Program-made: the position numbers and the translations under genes | Origin: Acidimicrobiia bacterium | Lineage (GTDB): Bacteria > Actinomycetota > Acidimicrobiia > Actinomarinales > Actinomarinaceae | Length of the DNA: 64,000 nucleotides | Direction: 5' to 3' | Assembly (NCBI GenBank): GCA_028376655.1 | Contig: JAONAZ010000002.1 | Location: forward strand, 5,029-69,028 | Notes under the pieces: model-generated | What the model saw: only the letters and a program-made list of their open reading frames with translations | What the model was told of the DNA's origin: nothing | Database searches by the model: none | Part shown: positions 31,747 through 42,019 of the stretch, in pieces | How the letters are laid out: each line of letters starts with the position of its first letter | Position numbering within the stretch: position 1 is the stretch's first letter

Positions 31747-33141
31747 ATGATTAGAAAAACAAAAATAATTGCAACGGTTGGTCCAAGCGTTCATTCTCGG
31801 GAAAAAATACATGGATTAATTGATTCCGGTGTTGATGTTATACGTTTAAATTTTTCGCATGGTACTTATGAAGATCATAAAAATGTTGTCGATTGGGCAA
31901 GGTCGTATTCTAAGCCTGTTGCCATTATGCAAGATATCCAGGGTCCAAAAATAAGAACTGGAATTTCAAAAAATGAGACTTACTTAGTTTCTGGAGATTC
32001 AATAGAGTTAACGAACAAAGAGGACATCTCTACAAGTGAAACTTTATACATTAATTATGAGAGCCTCTTGAACGATATCAAAGTTGGAGAAAGAGTCTTT
32101 ATAGATGATGGTCAGGTAGTTTTGAGGGTTACCAGCACAAACGAACAAACTCTCACAGCTGATATTGATATCGGGGGAGAACTTAGGGATAACCAAGGTG
32201 TTGCATTTCCAGATTCAAAACTTTCCGTTTCCGCAATAACTTCAAAAGATAAGCAAGACCTTGCATACGGAGGAGAAATTGGTGTAGACCTAGTTGCTGT
32301 TTCATTTGTTAGAAAAGCATCAGATATAACTGAAGTAAGAACTCTTGTAAAAAAAGGTATAAAAATTATTGCTAAAATTGAACTTAAAGAAGCCATGAAA
32401 AATTTAGATTCTATTATTGATGAATCTGATGGAGTAATGGTTGCAAGAGGCGATTTAGGAGTGCAATTACCTCTTGAACAAGTGCCATTTGCTCAAAAGA
32501 AAATACTAGACACAGCTAATTACAAAGGTAAAATTTCTATCACAGCAACTGAAATGCTCCAGTCAATGAAAAGTTCATTCCGTCCTACAAGGGCTGAAGT
32601 CACTGATATAACTAATGCCATTTTAGATGGAACTGATGCTGTTATGCTTTCTGCAGAAACATCAATTGGAGAACACCCAGATATTGTGGTAAAAGTAATG
32701 GCATCAATTTGCGAGGAAGCAGACTCTAATAGTCACTATTCTGCCATGAGATTTAAAACCCTTTCTTCTGTGGATACATTTGCTACATCTCTAGCTAAAG
32801 CTGCGGTACAAGTAGCGAATGATATTGAAGCTAAGGCAATTGTTGCATATACAGAAACAGGCACAACACCACTTTTAATATCAAATTATAGACCTGATGC
32901 ACCAATCATTACGTTTAGTGCAAAGGATTTAACTTTGAGACAAATGAATATCCTATGGGGTGTTGAGCAAGTAAAAATTGAAAGATTCGATACAACTGAA
33001 GAAATGTTTGAAATTGCAGATTCTTGGTTACAAAGCAATAAAAACTTTAAAAAAAATGATAAAGTTGTTATTGTTGCAGGAACACCTCCCAATCAAGAGG
33101 CTGCAACAAATTTATTAAGAGTTATGAAGATAGGTGAATAA
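31747..33141 (+). CDS. pyk: Pyruvate kinase
   Basis: Starts MIRKTKIIATVGPS. PK blocks RLNFSHG, MVARGDLGV and the C-terminal regulatory domain follow. The 534-nt upstream extension of the ORF is antisense to the CofC-like gene and has no PK similarity. Confidence 0.93.
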   Translation: MIRKTKIIATVGPSVHSREKIHGLIDSGVDVIRLNFSHGTYEDHKNVVDWARSYSKPVAIMQDIQGPKIRTGISKNETYLVSGDSIELTNKEDISTSETLYINYESLLNDIKVGERVFIDDGQVVLRVTSTNEQTLTADIDIGGELRDNQGVAFPDSKLSVSAITSKDKQDLAYGGEIGVDLVAVSFVRKASDITEVRTLVKKGIKIIAKIELKEAMKNLDSIIDESDGVMVARGDLGVQLPLEQVPFAQKKILDTANYKGKISITATEMLQSMKSSFRPTRAEVTDITNAILDGTDAVMLSAETSIGEHPDIVVKVMASICEEADSNSHYSAMRFKTLSSVDTFATSLAKAAVQVANDIEAKAIVAYTETGTTPLLISNYRPDAPIITFSAKDLTLRQMNILWGVEQVKIERFDTTEEMFEIADSWLQSNKNFKKNDKVVIVAGTPPNQEAATNLLRVMKIGE

Positions 33142-33440
33142 TGGGACAAAGAATAGAATTAAAAACAACCTCCTTCAATAAAAATATCATATTTGATTTA
33201 AACAGGTCACTATCTGGACAGGATGGTATCACTTATCACAATATTGCAGATGCATCATTACATGATGAAGTCAGCGCTCAACTAGCAATGAAGCTTTTTA
33301 AATACTCTCAAGATATAGAAAGTATTTTCATTCAGTCCAACATAGTGACTGTTAATTTCAATAAAAATATGGGATCAGGTATTGAAGAATTTTCAAAGCA
33401 AATTGAAGATTTCTTTCTTTTTTATGGTGAAGAAGAGTGA
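33141..33440 (+). CDS. Nfu_N-like (NifU N-terminal scaffold domain) small protein
   Basis: 99 aa. Pattern resembles the NFU1 N-domain (...LA.KLF....I.SIF...N.VTV.....). The ATG shares one base with the pyk TAA. Confidence 0.4.
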   Translation: MGQRIELKTTSFNKNIIFDLNRSLSGQDGITYHNIADASLHDEVSAQLAMKLFKYSQDIESIFIQSNIVTVNFNKNMGSGIEEFSKQIEDFFLFYGEEE

Positions 33441-34372
33441 AGGTTGGAGTAACAGGTGCAAGCGGATATGTTGGCAAAAAGGTAGTAAAGGAATTACAAA
33501 ATAACAAACATGAGGTTTATAAATTTGTAAGAAGACCAGTAAAAAATGAAAATGAAATTTATTGGAGCCCTTCAAAGCAAGAAATAGATATACAAAAATT
33601 TGAAAAGCTCGAAGCAATAATACACTTAGCTGGTGAAAGTATAGCTCCTAAAGATTTACTTGGGTTTCTACCTTTTTCTGGAGGACGTTGGAACAAAGAA
33701 AGAAAGTCAAGAATATATTGGTCACGCAAATGGGCATCAGATCTTTTTGTATCCACCTTTCAATCTTCAGATAATCACCCTAAAATATTTATCACTGCTT
33801 CAGGTAACGACATATATGGAGATCAAGGAGATCAAGTCGTAACAGAAGAGACAGTTTTCAATAGGGGACAGTTCCTCCAGTTAGTTGCTGAAGAATGTTG
33901 GGAAGAACCACTATACAAATTAAAAAGACTAGGTGTAAGGGTCGTGTCAGCCCGTGCAGGAATTATGCTTGGTAAAGGAAATGTTGCAACTAATATTTTT
34001 ACACTTATTACAAAATTAAATATTGCAAGTCCAATTGGAAAAGGCACACAATATTTTTCTTGGGTGTCAGTTAATGATGTTGCCAAGGCTTATATTTTTT
34101 GTTTAGAAAATAAAACTATTGAAGGCCCAGTAAATGTAACTTCACCGGAACCACTTATGCAAAAAGACTTTGCACGAATTATTGCAAAGATTATGGATAA
34201 GGCTTTCTTTTTCCCGCCTGTCCCAAAAGTAATCATGAAATTAGCTGTCGGTTGGGAGCTTGGTGAAAGTTTAGGCTTAAATAGTATTAGAGCTATTCCG
34301 AAGAAACTCTTAGCTGCTGGATTCGAATTTGAATATCCAACCCTTGAGACAATGAAGAATGACTTTAACTAA
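33437..34372 (+). CDS. TIGR01777/YfcH-like SDR epimerase-family protein
   Basis: Rossmann VTGASGYVGKKV. No classic catalytic dehydratase motifs. C-terminal DUF1731-like FEFEYP tail. GTG start overlaps the upstream stop. Confidence 0.7.
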   Translation: MKVGVTGASGYVGKKVVKELQNNKHEVYKFVRRPVKNENEIYWSPSKQEIDIQKFEKLEAIIHLAGESIAPKDLLGFLPFSGGRWNKERKSRIYWSRKWASDLFVSTFQSSDNHPKIFITASGNDIYGDQGDQVVTEETVFNRGQFLQLVAEECWEEPLYKLKRLGVRVVSARAGIMLGKGNVATNIFTLITKLNIASPIGKGTQYFSWVSVNDVAKAYIFCLENKTIEGPVNVTSPEPLMQKDFARIIAKIMDKAFFFPPVPKVIMKLAVGWELGESLGLNSIRAIPKKLLAAGFEFEYPTLETMKNDFN

Positions 34373-34701
34373 TGTCCTCTTACGAAGATAGAATGTCCGA
34401 AAAGTATGGATTTTTTTCTGACAAAAAAAATAGACCAACTGATAAGGTACCTTCACCTTCTAGTGAAAATAGTGATGATTTAGAAACTACCGATGATAAT
34501 AACCTTATTGTACCATTAGAGGCATGGCAGACAGTACTTAATCAATTAGGTAATCTACACGAGGCAAATCAACTTATGGCAGATGCTAGAGAAAGAGCTG
34601 CGAAAGCTGAAGCTGAAGCTGAATTTTTAAGAGAAAAATTAAAGAACACAAGAGAACAATTGGATACTGCTAGTAAGAAGAAAAAATTTTTCTTTTTCTA
34701 A
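34372..34701 (+). CDS. Small coiled-coil protein, unknown function
   Basis: 109 aa with an acidic N-terminal half and an AKAEAEAEFLREKLK coiled coil. Ends KKKKFFFF in an A/T palindrome. Confidence 0.5.
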   Translation: MSSYEDRMSEKYGFFSDKKNRPTDKVPSPSSENSDDLETTDDNNLIVPLEAWQTVLNQLGNLHEANQLMADARERAAKAEAEAEFLREKLKNTREQLDTASKKKKFFFF

Positions 34702-35912
34702 ACGTTTTGATTATCTGATACACCTTTAATAATAAAAAATGATATCGCTAATAAGACTATAAGCACACCCATTGCTGGGTTCCTACCAAGTCCAAGTGTG
34801 TTTACAACAAATCCCCAAAGAAGTGGGCCAAGTATCGTGGCAAACCTTCCAACTGTTGAATATAATCCGTAAAATTCGCCTAAATGTTTTTCAGGACTCA
34901 ATCTTGTCATAAATACTCGGTCTACTGCAAAAATTCCACCAATATTAAATCCTCCCAGTACACCAGTTACATAAATTAACCATAATTGATCAAATTCTGT
35001 GGCAATTATTGCAATAGATAGCGAGAGCATCCAACAAATTAGACTAATTAAAGTTAATTTTCTAGGTCCGTATTTATCAGCCGCCTTTCCATATACGTAT
35101 CCTCCTATAATTGAAATAATAATTGCTAAACCGAGAAGATTCTGACTATCACTAGGACTCAAGCCAACTTCTTCAACTAAATAAACAGCAAGCAGTCCAC
35201 TGATTAAGGTATTTATAGCATCCGCATAAAAAAATCTTCCAATAAGAAATCGTGTAAGACCTGTATATTGTGTTGAATGTTTCCAGGACTTTATAACTAA
35301 TGAGATAGATTCAGTAATTTTGATAGTTGATCTCTGATCACTTACTTTTTTTTCTTTAATGAAAAGAAATGCTGGAAGAGAGAAAATTAAAAACATTATC
35401 GCTACGGATCTGAAAATCTCAACATAGCTATATCCAAGATTTTGTAATACTGTCGCTACTCCAAATCCCAGTAACGATCCAACATATCCAAAAGCAACAC
35501 CTAATCCTGATATGCTTCCTCGATTTTCAGGGTTACTAACAGAAATTAGTAATGCATCATAAACTACAGAGCCAAGGTTGAAGCCTATTAAGGAGACAAT
35601 AAAAAACAATACAGAGATATTCACATTAAAAGTTCCTAATAAAAATGTGGCAATTATACAGATCATTGTTGTTATAAGGAGTATTGGTTTCTTGCCTTGA
35701 GATCCATCAGATCTTGCCCCCACCCATGGACCTAATATAGCAACTATTACCATAGCTCCAGAAGTAGCAAAGCCAAGTGACTGATCAGTCCAGCCCTGTT
35801 CTGTTACAAGCCATATTGAAAAATATAGACCAGGAATTACAAAGGCATATACTGTATTTGCTAAATCAAAAAAGAGCCATGAGTACAGACTTCTTTTTTT
35901 AATGTTGTTCAT
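34698..35912 (-). CDS. MFS transporter, UMF1/Atg22-like family
   Basis: 12 TM. N-terminal YSWLFFDLANTVYA block typical of UMF1. Confidence 0.75.
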   Translation of the reverse strand: MNNIKKRSLYSWLFFDLANTVYAFVIPGLYFSIWLVTEQGWTDQSLGFATSGAMVIVAILGPWVGARSDGSQGKKPILLITTMICIIATFLLGTFNVNISVLFFIVSLIGFNLGSVVYDALLISVSNPENRGSISGLGVAFGYVGSLLGFGVATVLQNLGYSYVEIFRSVAIMFLIFSLPAFLFIKEKKVSDQRSTIKITESISLVIKSWKHSTQYTGLTRFLIGRFFYADAINTLISGLLAVYLVEEVGLSPSDSQNLLGLAIIISIIGGYVYGKAADKYGPRKLTLISLICWMLSLSIAIIATEFDQLWLIYVTGVLGGFNIGGIFAVDRVFMTRLSPEKHLGEFYGLYSTVGRFATILGPLLWGFVVNTLGLGRNPAMGVLIVLLAISFFIIKGVSDNQNV

Positions 35913-37114
35913 TTAATGTCTTTTATAGCCTTCGCAAACCTACTTAATCCCTCGTTGAGATCAGCGTCACTTAGTGCATAAGAGCATCTTAGAAACCCAT
36001 TCATTCCAAAAACTTCTCCAGGTACAAAAGCTATGTAATATTCATCTAATAACCAATTACAGAAGTCGACCGAGTTGTTGACTCCTTGTATGACATTATT
36101 AGTACAGTAGTAGCTAATATTTGGAAATAAGTAAAAAGCACCAGTTGACTTTATAAGTTCAACATTTTCAATTTGTGTAAATTGATTTATTGCATTGATT
36201 CGTCTTCTATTAAAACTTTCTTTCATCATATTGGTCGCATCTAGACCATTTTTGAGTGCAGAATATGCTGCTATTTGAGATAAGTTTGAGACATTAGAAG
36301 TCGCATGAGACTGTATCTTTTTTGCCATATCAATAACTTCTTTGTTAGCAATAATCCATCCAACTCTCCAGCCAGTCATAGAGTAAGCTTTTGCAACCCC
36401 GTTTATTACTATTGTATTTTTTAATTCTTTATCGTATTGGGCAGGAGAAGGGGAGGTAACACCCTCATAAACTAAGTGTTCGTAAAGTTCATCTGAAAGT
36501 ATCCAAATATTATTTTCAAAAGCCCAATTATAAATCTCTTCAGCCTCTTTTTTTGTATAGACCACACCTGTTGGATTTGAAGGAGATACCCAGACTAAAA
36601 CTTTAGTTTTTGAAGTTTTATGTGCTTCTAGTTGATCTTTATTTACTTTGAAATCTTCATCAAATTCCGTATTTACAATCACTGGACTTCCACCTGAAAT
36701 CTTTACTGCCTCCGGGTAAGTTGTCCAATACGGTGAGGGTATCAAAACTTCATCACCAGGATTTAGTAATGACATAAAAGTTGTTAAAATGGCATGCTTT
36801 CCACCATTGCTCACAACAATGTTTTCTTTACCAATATTTATTCCCGAGTATAAGCTACTTGTTCTTACAATCTCTTCTTTTAAAATATCTAAACCAGCGA
36901 CAGGTGAGTATTTGTGATTTGATGTGTCTTCAGCTGCTAATTGAACATCTTCTACAACATACTGTGGTGTTGGAAAGTCAGGTTCGCCTGCACCAAAGCC
37001 TATAACTGGTTTACCTTGTTCTTTAAGTTCGCGGGCTTTATTAGAGATAGCCATTGTTCCAGATGGAGTAATTAATTTATTAAGTTTTGATATTTCCATA
37101 AATCCTACTTTCAT
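35909..37114 (-). CDS. aspC: Aspartate/aromatic aminotransferase (class I PLP)
   Basis: Blocks GEPDFPTP, NPTG and SKAYSMTGWRVGW (PLP-Lys). The second ATG at 37099 has the better SD (AGGA) and may be the true start. Confidence 0.88.
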   Translation of the reverse strand: MKVGFMEISKLNKLITPSGTMAISNKARELKEQGKPVIGFGAGEPDFPTPQYVVEDVQLAAEDTSNHKYSPVAGLDILKEEIVRTSSLYSGINIGKENIVVSNGGKHAILTTFMSLLNPGDEVLIPSPYWTTYPEAVKISGGSPVIVNTEFDEDFKVNKDQLEAHKTSKTKVLVWVSPSNPTGVVYTKKEAEEIYNWAFENNIWILSDELYEHLVYEGVTSPSPAQYDKELKNTIVINGVAKAYSMTGWRVGWIIANKEVIDMAKKIQSHATSNVSNLSQIAAYSALKNGLDATNMMKESFNRRRINAINQFTQIENVELIKSTGAFYLFPNISYYCTNNVIQGVNNSVDFCNWLLDEYYIAFVPGEVFGMNGFLRCSYALSDADLNEGLSRFAKAIKDIK

Positions 37115-37172
37115 GAATTATTTTAACCATAATAAATTAAAAACTATGCTTGGGTTTTATTAAACTATATTC

Positions 37173-38009
37173 ATGGAACAAATACTTTTAGGTAAACCAG
37201 TTGCTAAACAACTTGATAAAAATAGCGAATTATTAATTAATGCTTATAAAGATAAAAAAGGTGTACAACCCCTGCTTACCGCTATAACAGTTGGTGAAAA
37301 TCCAGCTTCCCTTTTATATGTCTCAAGAAAACAAGATAAAGCGAAAGAACTTGGAGTAGATTTTAATTGGCTTAAACTTCCTAATGATTCAACTCCCATT
37401 GAGGTATTAGAACAAATTGAAGCAACAAAAAAAATCTCACAGGGAATAATTGTTCAACTTCCCCTTCCTGTACATCTTGATTTTGAAGAAATTGTTAACC
37501 TAATACCTCCTGAGCTAGATGTTGATGGGTTAACAACACATAATCTTGGCTACTTATACTCAAAAAACTATAAAATACTTCCAGCTACATCACTCGCAGT
37601 ATTAGAACTTATAAAATATTATGATATTAAAACAGAAGATAAAAATATTGTAATTGCAGGTAGATCAAGATTAGTCTCTTCCCCCTTATCAAAATTACTT
37701 AGCAGTAAACAATTCAATGGAAATGTAACAGTAGTTCATAGTAAAACTTCTGATTTGAAATCTTATACGCAACAAGCAGATATTCTTATATCAGCTATCG
37801 GAAAAAGTAGATTGTTCAATATAGATTATCTAAAAAAAGGATCAGTAGCAATTGATATAGGTATTTCTAATGTAGATAATAAAAACTATGGTGACATCAA
37901 CCCTAAAGGCCTTGAGGAGCATTTAATTGCTAGATCACCATTTCCAGGTGGAGTGGGGCCAATAACCGTGTCAGCACTTTTCGCTAACTTAGCTCAACTT
38001 ATTAAATAG
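37173..38009 (+). CDS. folD: Bifunctional methylene-THF dehydrogenase/methenyl-THF cyclohydrolase
   Basis: FolD blocks (ASLLYVSRKQDKAKELG, VQLPLP, GRS..V..P, PGGVGP). Confidence 0.92.
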   Translation: MEQILLGKPVAKQLDKNSELLINAYKDKKGVQPLLTAITVGENPASLLYVSRKQDKAKELGVDFNWLKLPNDSTPIEVLEQIEATKKISQGIIVQLPLPVHLDFEEIVNLIPPELDVDGLTTHNLGYLYSKNYKILPATSLAVLELIKYYDIKTEDKNIVIAGRSRLVSSPLSKLLSSKQFNGNVTVVHSKTSDLKSYTQQADILISAIGKSRLFNIDYLKKGSVAIDIGISNVDNKNYGDINPKGLEEHLIARSPFPGGVGPITVSALFANLAQLIK

Positions 38010-39309
38010 AGGCCCATTCATCTTCTGATATTGTTTTATCCATATCAACTTTTCTTAGAATTAAAAATCCAATAACAAAAAATGAAGTTATCACGGGAAG
38101 GGAAAGTCTAGGGTTTCCAGTAGTCACACTCACATAACTATAAATTAATGGCCCCCAAATGGCTGAAAATCTAGATAGTACAGAAAAGAATCCCATAAAC
38201 TCTCCTTCAGCACCTTTTGGAAGCATTGAAGCGTAAACGCTTCTACTTACTGATTGCAAACCCCCCATACCCATTGCAGTAAAGACACCTAATGCAATTA
38301 CAGGAAGAAATTGTTTCTCGGGTATAAAAGCAGCTGCATTACCAACTATAAATATTAGAAACATTGTGTAATACAATGTATTTTTTTGACCAATACGTTT
38401 TGCCATTACTCCAGCTAACTTAGCACCAAAATAAGCAACAAATTGAACAACAATAAATACCATAATTATTTGAGTTTGATCTAAGAGAATAACTTCAGAA
38501 AAATATGCCCCTGACATATTGATTATAGTCTGCAGTCCATCCCAATAAAAGAGATAGGCTATGAGGAAATACATAAGAAATGGAAATTGTCTTATTTTCT
38601 TAAGGGTCTTAAAATTTTTACTATAAGCATTAGCAAATATGTTTCCTTCAACAGATATAGATTTATTTTCAGTTATTTTCATTCTTGAGAAACTCATCAT
38701 TGAAAAAACTAACCACCACAGTCCAGCAGATGAAATTGCAATTCTTGATGCTAATTCTGTCTCAATTCCAAGTAGGTCTGGACCAAGTTGAATAAGAGCT
38801 AGAGAAATTACTAGTTGTAGGCCACCACCTAAATAACCCAATGCATATCCTCGAGCTGAAACGGCATCAATCGTATCATCTGTTGTAATATCTTTTAAGA
38901 CACTATCATAAAAAACATTCGAACCAGTAGCACCAAATTGTGCCATAAAATAAATACCCAATGTAAAAATTACATCACCTGATGTTGCAAAATAGAAGGT
39001 TGAGGCAAATACAGCTCCTCCGTATGCAAAAATTTTAAATAACTTCATTCTATTCCCAGATAAATCTCCAATTGCCCCGATAGTTGGCATGATTAAAAAG
39101 AATATAAATAATGCAGATCCAATAGCAAATCCCCACACTTCTGCACCGGTGTAAAGGTTTCCTCTGAAATTGAATCCCTCAGAAGGCACTACAACGCTTA
39201 CGAAATATACTGGTAAAATTGCACCTAGAGTCGTTGTTTCATAAGCTGATTTTGCCCAATCATATAAACTCCAACCAAAAATAGTTTTTTTATTATTTTT
39301 TTCTGTCAT
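38002..39309 (-). CDS. MFS transporter, UMF1/Atg22-like family (second paralog)
   Basis: FGWSLYDWAKSAYETT block, 12 TM. Start placed at the ATG at 39309, preceded by AGGAG, rather than the longer ORF start at 39366. Confidence 0.75.
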   Translation of the reverse strand: MTEKNNKKTIFGWSLYDWAKSAYETTTLGAILPVYFVSVVVPSEGFNFRGNLYTGAEVWGFAIGSALFIFFLIMPTIGAIGDLSGNRMKLFKIFAYGGAVFASTFYFATSGDVIFTLGIYFMAQFGATGSNVFYDSVLKDITTDDTIDAVSARGYALGYLGGGLQLVISLALIQLGPDLLGIETELASRIAISSAGLWWLVFSMMSFSRMKITENKSISVEGNIFANAYSKNFKTLKKIRQFPFLMYFLIAYLFYWDGLQTIINMSGAYFSEVILLDQTQIIMVFIVVQFVAYFGAKLAGVMAKRIGQKNTLYYTMFLIFIVGNAAAFIPEKQFLPVIALGVFTAMGMGGLQSVSRSVYASMLPKGAEGEFMGFFSVLSRFSAIWGPLIYSYVSVTTGNPRLSLPVITSFFVIGFLILRKVDMDKTISEDEWASI

Positions 39310-39433
39310 TTTTCTCCTATTAAAAAACTTTAATATTAAAAATCTGAAGTTGTCGGAAAGAATCATAAAAATTAAAAAATTAGACGACTATATTCAATTT
39401 ATGTTTGTAATTTATATCGAAGGATAAGTTGTT

Positions 39434-40525
39434 ATGGGGTTTAAGTGTGGAATTGTAGGAATGCCAAATGTTGGTAAATCTACATTATTTAATGCATTAA
39501 CACAAGCAGGAATAGAATCTGCCAACTATCCATTTTGCACAATTGAACCAAATGTTGGCATTGTTCCTATAAATGATCCAAGGTTAGATGACCTAGCTCA
39601 AATAGTAAATCCTAAAGAGATTATTCCCACAACTATGGAATTTGTAGATATTGCTGGCCTTGTTGAAGGGGCTTCAAAAGGCGAAGGTTTAGGTAATCAA
39701 TTTCTTACAAATATTAGAGAGACGGATGCAATTGTACATGTTGTTCGCGCATTTGAAAATGAAGATGTTGTTCACGTAGCAGGAAAGGTTTCTCCATCTG
39801 ATGATATCGAAATCATTAATACAGAATTAGTTTTAGCTGATCTGGCAACTGTTGAAAAACTTTATGAAAAAGCTGTCAAAAATACTAAATCAGGTAAAAA
39901 AGAAGGATTACCTCTAAGAGATCTATTAGAAAAAATTCTACCTGTACTGGAAGAGGGGTACAGTGTAAGAACACTTAGTTTTAACGAAGAAGAATCTAAA
40001 TTATTAAAAGGTTTTCAGTTATTAACAATTAAACCTGTTCTTTATGTTGCTAATGTCGGAGAAAATGGATTTTTAAACAATCCACATTTAGATGCAGTTG
40101 TAAACTTTGCCAACTCAGAAAAATCAGAAGCAATAGCTATTTGTGCTGATATTGAAGCTGAAATAACTGAATTAGATGAAAAAGAAAAATATGATTTTCT
40201 TCAAGAGATGGGTCAAAATGAATCTGGACTGGATCGGTTAATTAAAGCCGGTTATAAATTACTTGGTTTACAAACGTACTTTACTGCTGGGATACAGGAG
40301 GTAAGAGCCTGGACAATCAACGTCGGGGACAGTGCACCACAGGCTGCTGGAAAAATACATGGTGACTTTGAAAAGGGTTTTATTCGTGCTGAAACGATAG
40401 CATTCCATGATTATGTTGACAATATGGGTGAAAAGGGTTCAAAAGAAGCTGGAAAACTCCGCTCAGAGGGCAAAGAATATATTGTTAAAGATGGTGATGT
40501 AATGCACTTTTTATTCAATGTCTAA
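39434..40525 (+). CDS. ychF: Ribosome-binding ATPase YchF
   Basis: [19 protein letters not shown]-loop, DIAGLV, and a C-terminal TGS-like domain. Confidence 0.95.
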   Translation: MGFKCGIVGMPNVGKSTLFNALTQAGIESANYPFCTIEPNVGIVPINDPRLDDLAQIVNPKEIIPTTMEFVDIAGLVEGASKGEGLGNQFLTNIRETDAIVHVVRAFENEDVVHVAGKVSPSDDIEIINTELVLADLATVEKLYEKAVKNTKSGKKEGLPLRDLLEKILPVLEEGYSVRTLSFNEEESKLLKGFQLLTIKPVLYVANVGENGFLNNPHLDAVVNFANSEKSEAIAICADIEAEITELDEKEKYDFLQEMGQNESGLDRLIKAGYKLLGLQTYFTAGIQEVRAWTINVGDSAPQAAGKIHGDFEKGFIRAETIAFHDYVDNMGEKGSKEAGKLRSEGKEYIVKDGDVMHFLFNV

Positions 40526-40539
40526 ATCACAATCAAGGT

Positions 40540-40564
40540 ATTTAAACACGCATTAAATTTTTTT
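40540..40564 (+). terminator. Weak intrinsic-terminator-like hairpin after ychF
   Basis: ATTTAA-acacgca-TTAAAT followed by T6. The stem is AT-only and therefore low in stability. Confidence 0.3.
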
Positions 40565-40607
40565 AAGTAATTCTTTATGAAAATGAGTTTTGTGACATAA
40601 TAATCAC

Positions 40608-42011
40608 GTGAAAGTAATAATTGTTGGTGCTCATGGCGAAGCCAAAGAGCTTATAAATAGAATAAGTACAGGTTGGACAGTATCTGTAATTGATATGGAC
40701 CAGGACAAATTACGGAACTTTAACCCAAATAGGCAAATAGAAAAATATCAGGGTGATGGGACATCTACTTTGGTTCTAAAAAAAGCTGGTATAGAAGCGG
40801 CTAGTGCATTGATCACACTTACTCATGATGATGAAGTAAATATAGAAATTATTAAAATTGCTAAAAATCACAAAATATCACGACTGTCATCAGTGGTTAA
40901 TAATGAATCGAATATTAAATATTATGACGAGCTAGAAGTCGAGCTAGTAGACCCAAATATCTTATTAGCCAGAAGGTTTGAGCACATACTTGAACCGAGA
41001 AGAGTTGTTTCACAAGCTTTTGCAGGTGGAAGAGCGGAAGCAATCGAATTAGAGGTAAATGCTGATAGCCCAGTAAGAGGTAAAAAACTGAAAGAAATTG
41101 GATCTGATTATTTTATTGTTGGCGCTCTTTTTAGAAAGGGTAAAGTAGTTATACCTCATGGGGATACTGAACTTCAAACGGGGGATTTAGTAACTGTTGT
41201 TTTACAATCTGGAGCATTTGGAAACGTAATAAAATTATTTTCAGGTTCTGTATCAAGATTTCCACTTGAGTTTGGTAAAAACACAGCAATTGTTATTAAC
41301 TCCGAGGAAGAGTTGAAAAATCTTACTGAAGCAGAGTTTTATTCTCGAAATACAAAAGCTGAAGAATTGGTAATTCTTTCACAAGAGACTATATTTACTG
41401 ATACTAAAGAAGAAGATAAAACAACATTTGAAGCAATCCTTAAAGATCAAAAATTTAGAACAGAGAATATACAAAAAAATTCTCTTAAAGAAATAGAGTC
41501 TAAACTTGATGAATTATCTATTGGTACATTAATTATTCCTGTCACTGAGGATGTAAAGATTTCAACAATACGTACATATATTAATTTTTCAAATAAAAAT
41601 AAAATTCCAATGCTATTTTCAAGAGGAACGTCTCCTATAAATAACATTGGTTTTTTATCAAGTAGTGATTTCTCAGAAATTAGTCCGACTACAATTTCAT
41701 TTGATATTGCATCAACTTTAAATGCAAAAGTATTTGCAGTCGTTGTTGATCAACCCAAGTTTATATCTCACGAGAATAAAGATTCTAAAAAATCTATGAC
41801 GCAAAAACTTCAAGATGCAGCATTATCAAATGAGGTTCAATTAGAAATACTTTCTGAAGAAGGTAATGAAGCAAAAATATTTACATCTCTTACAGATAAG
41901 TTTGATCTATCAATAATTGGTCGTAATAAGTCCACTACTTGGCAGTTAAAGAAAACTACAGAGTACATATCTCAGAATTCTTCTTCTTCAGTTTTGTACA
42001 TTCCAATTTAG
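40608..42011 (+). CDS. RCK (TrkA-N + TrkA-C) regulatory protein fused to a USP-like C-terminal region
   Basis: N-terminal Rossmann-like VIIVGAHGEA and an RCK_C block (GKKLKEIG...GDLVTVV). About 250 aa follow with USP-like ends (SVLYIPI). GTG start. Confidence 0.65.
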   Translation: MKVIIVGAHGEAKELINRISTGWTVSVIDMDQDKLRNFNPNRQIEKYQGDGTSTLVLKKAGIEAASALITLTHDDEVNIEIIKIAKNHKISRLSSVVNNESNIKYYDELEVELVDPNILLARRFEHILEPRRVVSQAFAGGRAEAIELEVNADSPVRGKKLKEIGSDYFIVGALFRKGKVVIPHGDTELQTGDLVTVVLQSGAFGNVIKLFSGSVSRFPLEFGKNTAIVINSEEELKNLTEAEFYSRNTKAEELVILSQETIFTDTKEEDKTTFEAILKDQKFRTENIQKNSLKEIESKLDELSIGTLIIPVTEDVKISTIRTYINFSNKNKIPMLFSRGTSPINNIGFLSSSDFSEISPTTISFDIASTLNAKVFAVVVDQPKFISHENKDSKKSMTQKLQDAALSNEVQLEILSEEGNEAKIFTSLTDKFDLSIIGRNKSTTWQLKKTTEYISQNSSSSVLYIPI

Positions 42012-42019
42012 GAGTTTTT

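Noticed and set aside
41939-42019. Upstream start for the CPA2 antiporter ORF
   Set aside because: It would overlap the RCK-USP gene by 73 nt. GTG at 42020 has an AGGAG site and corresponds to the start of the first TM helix.
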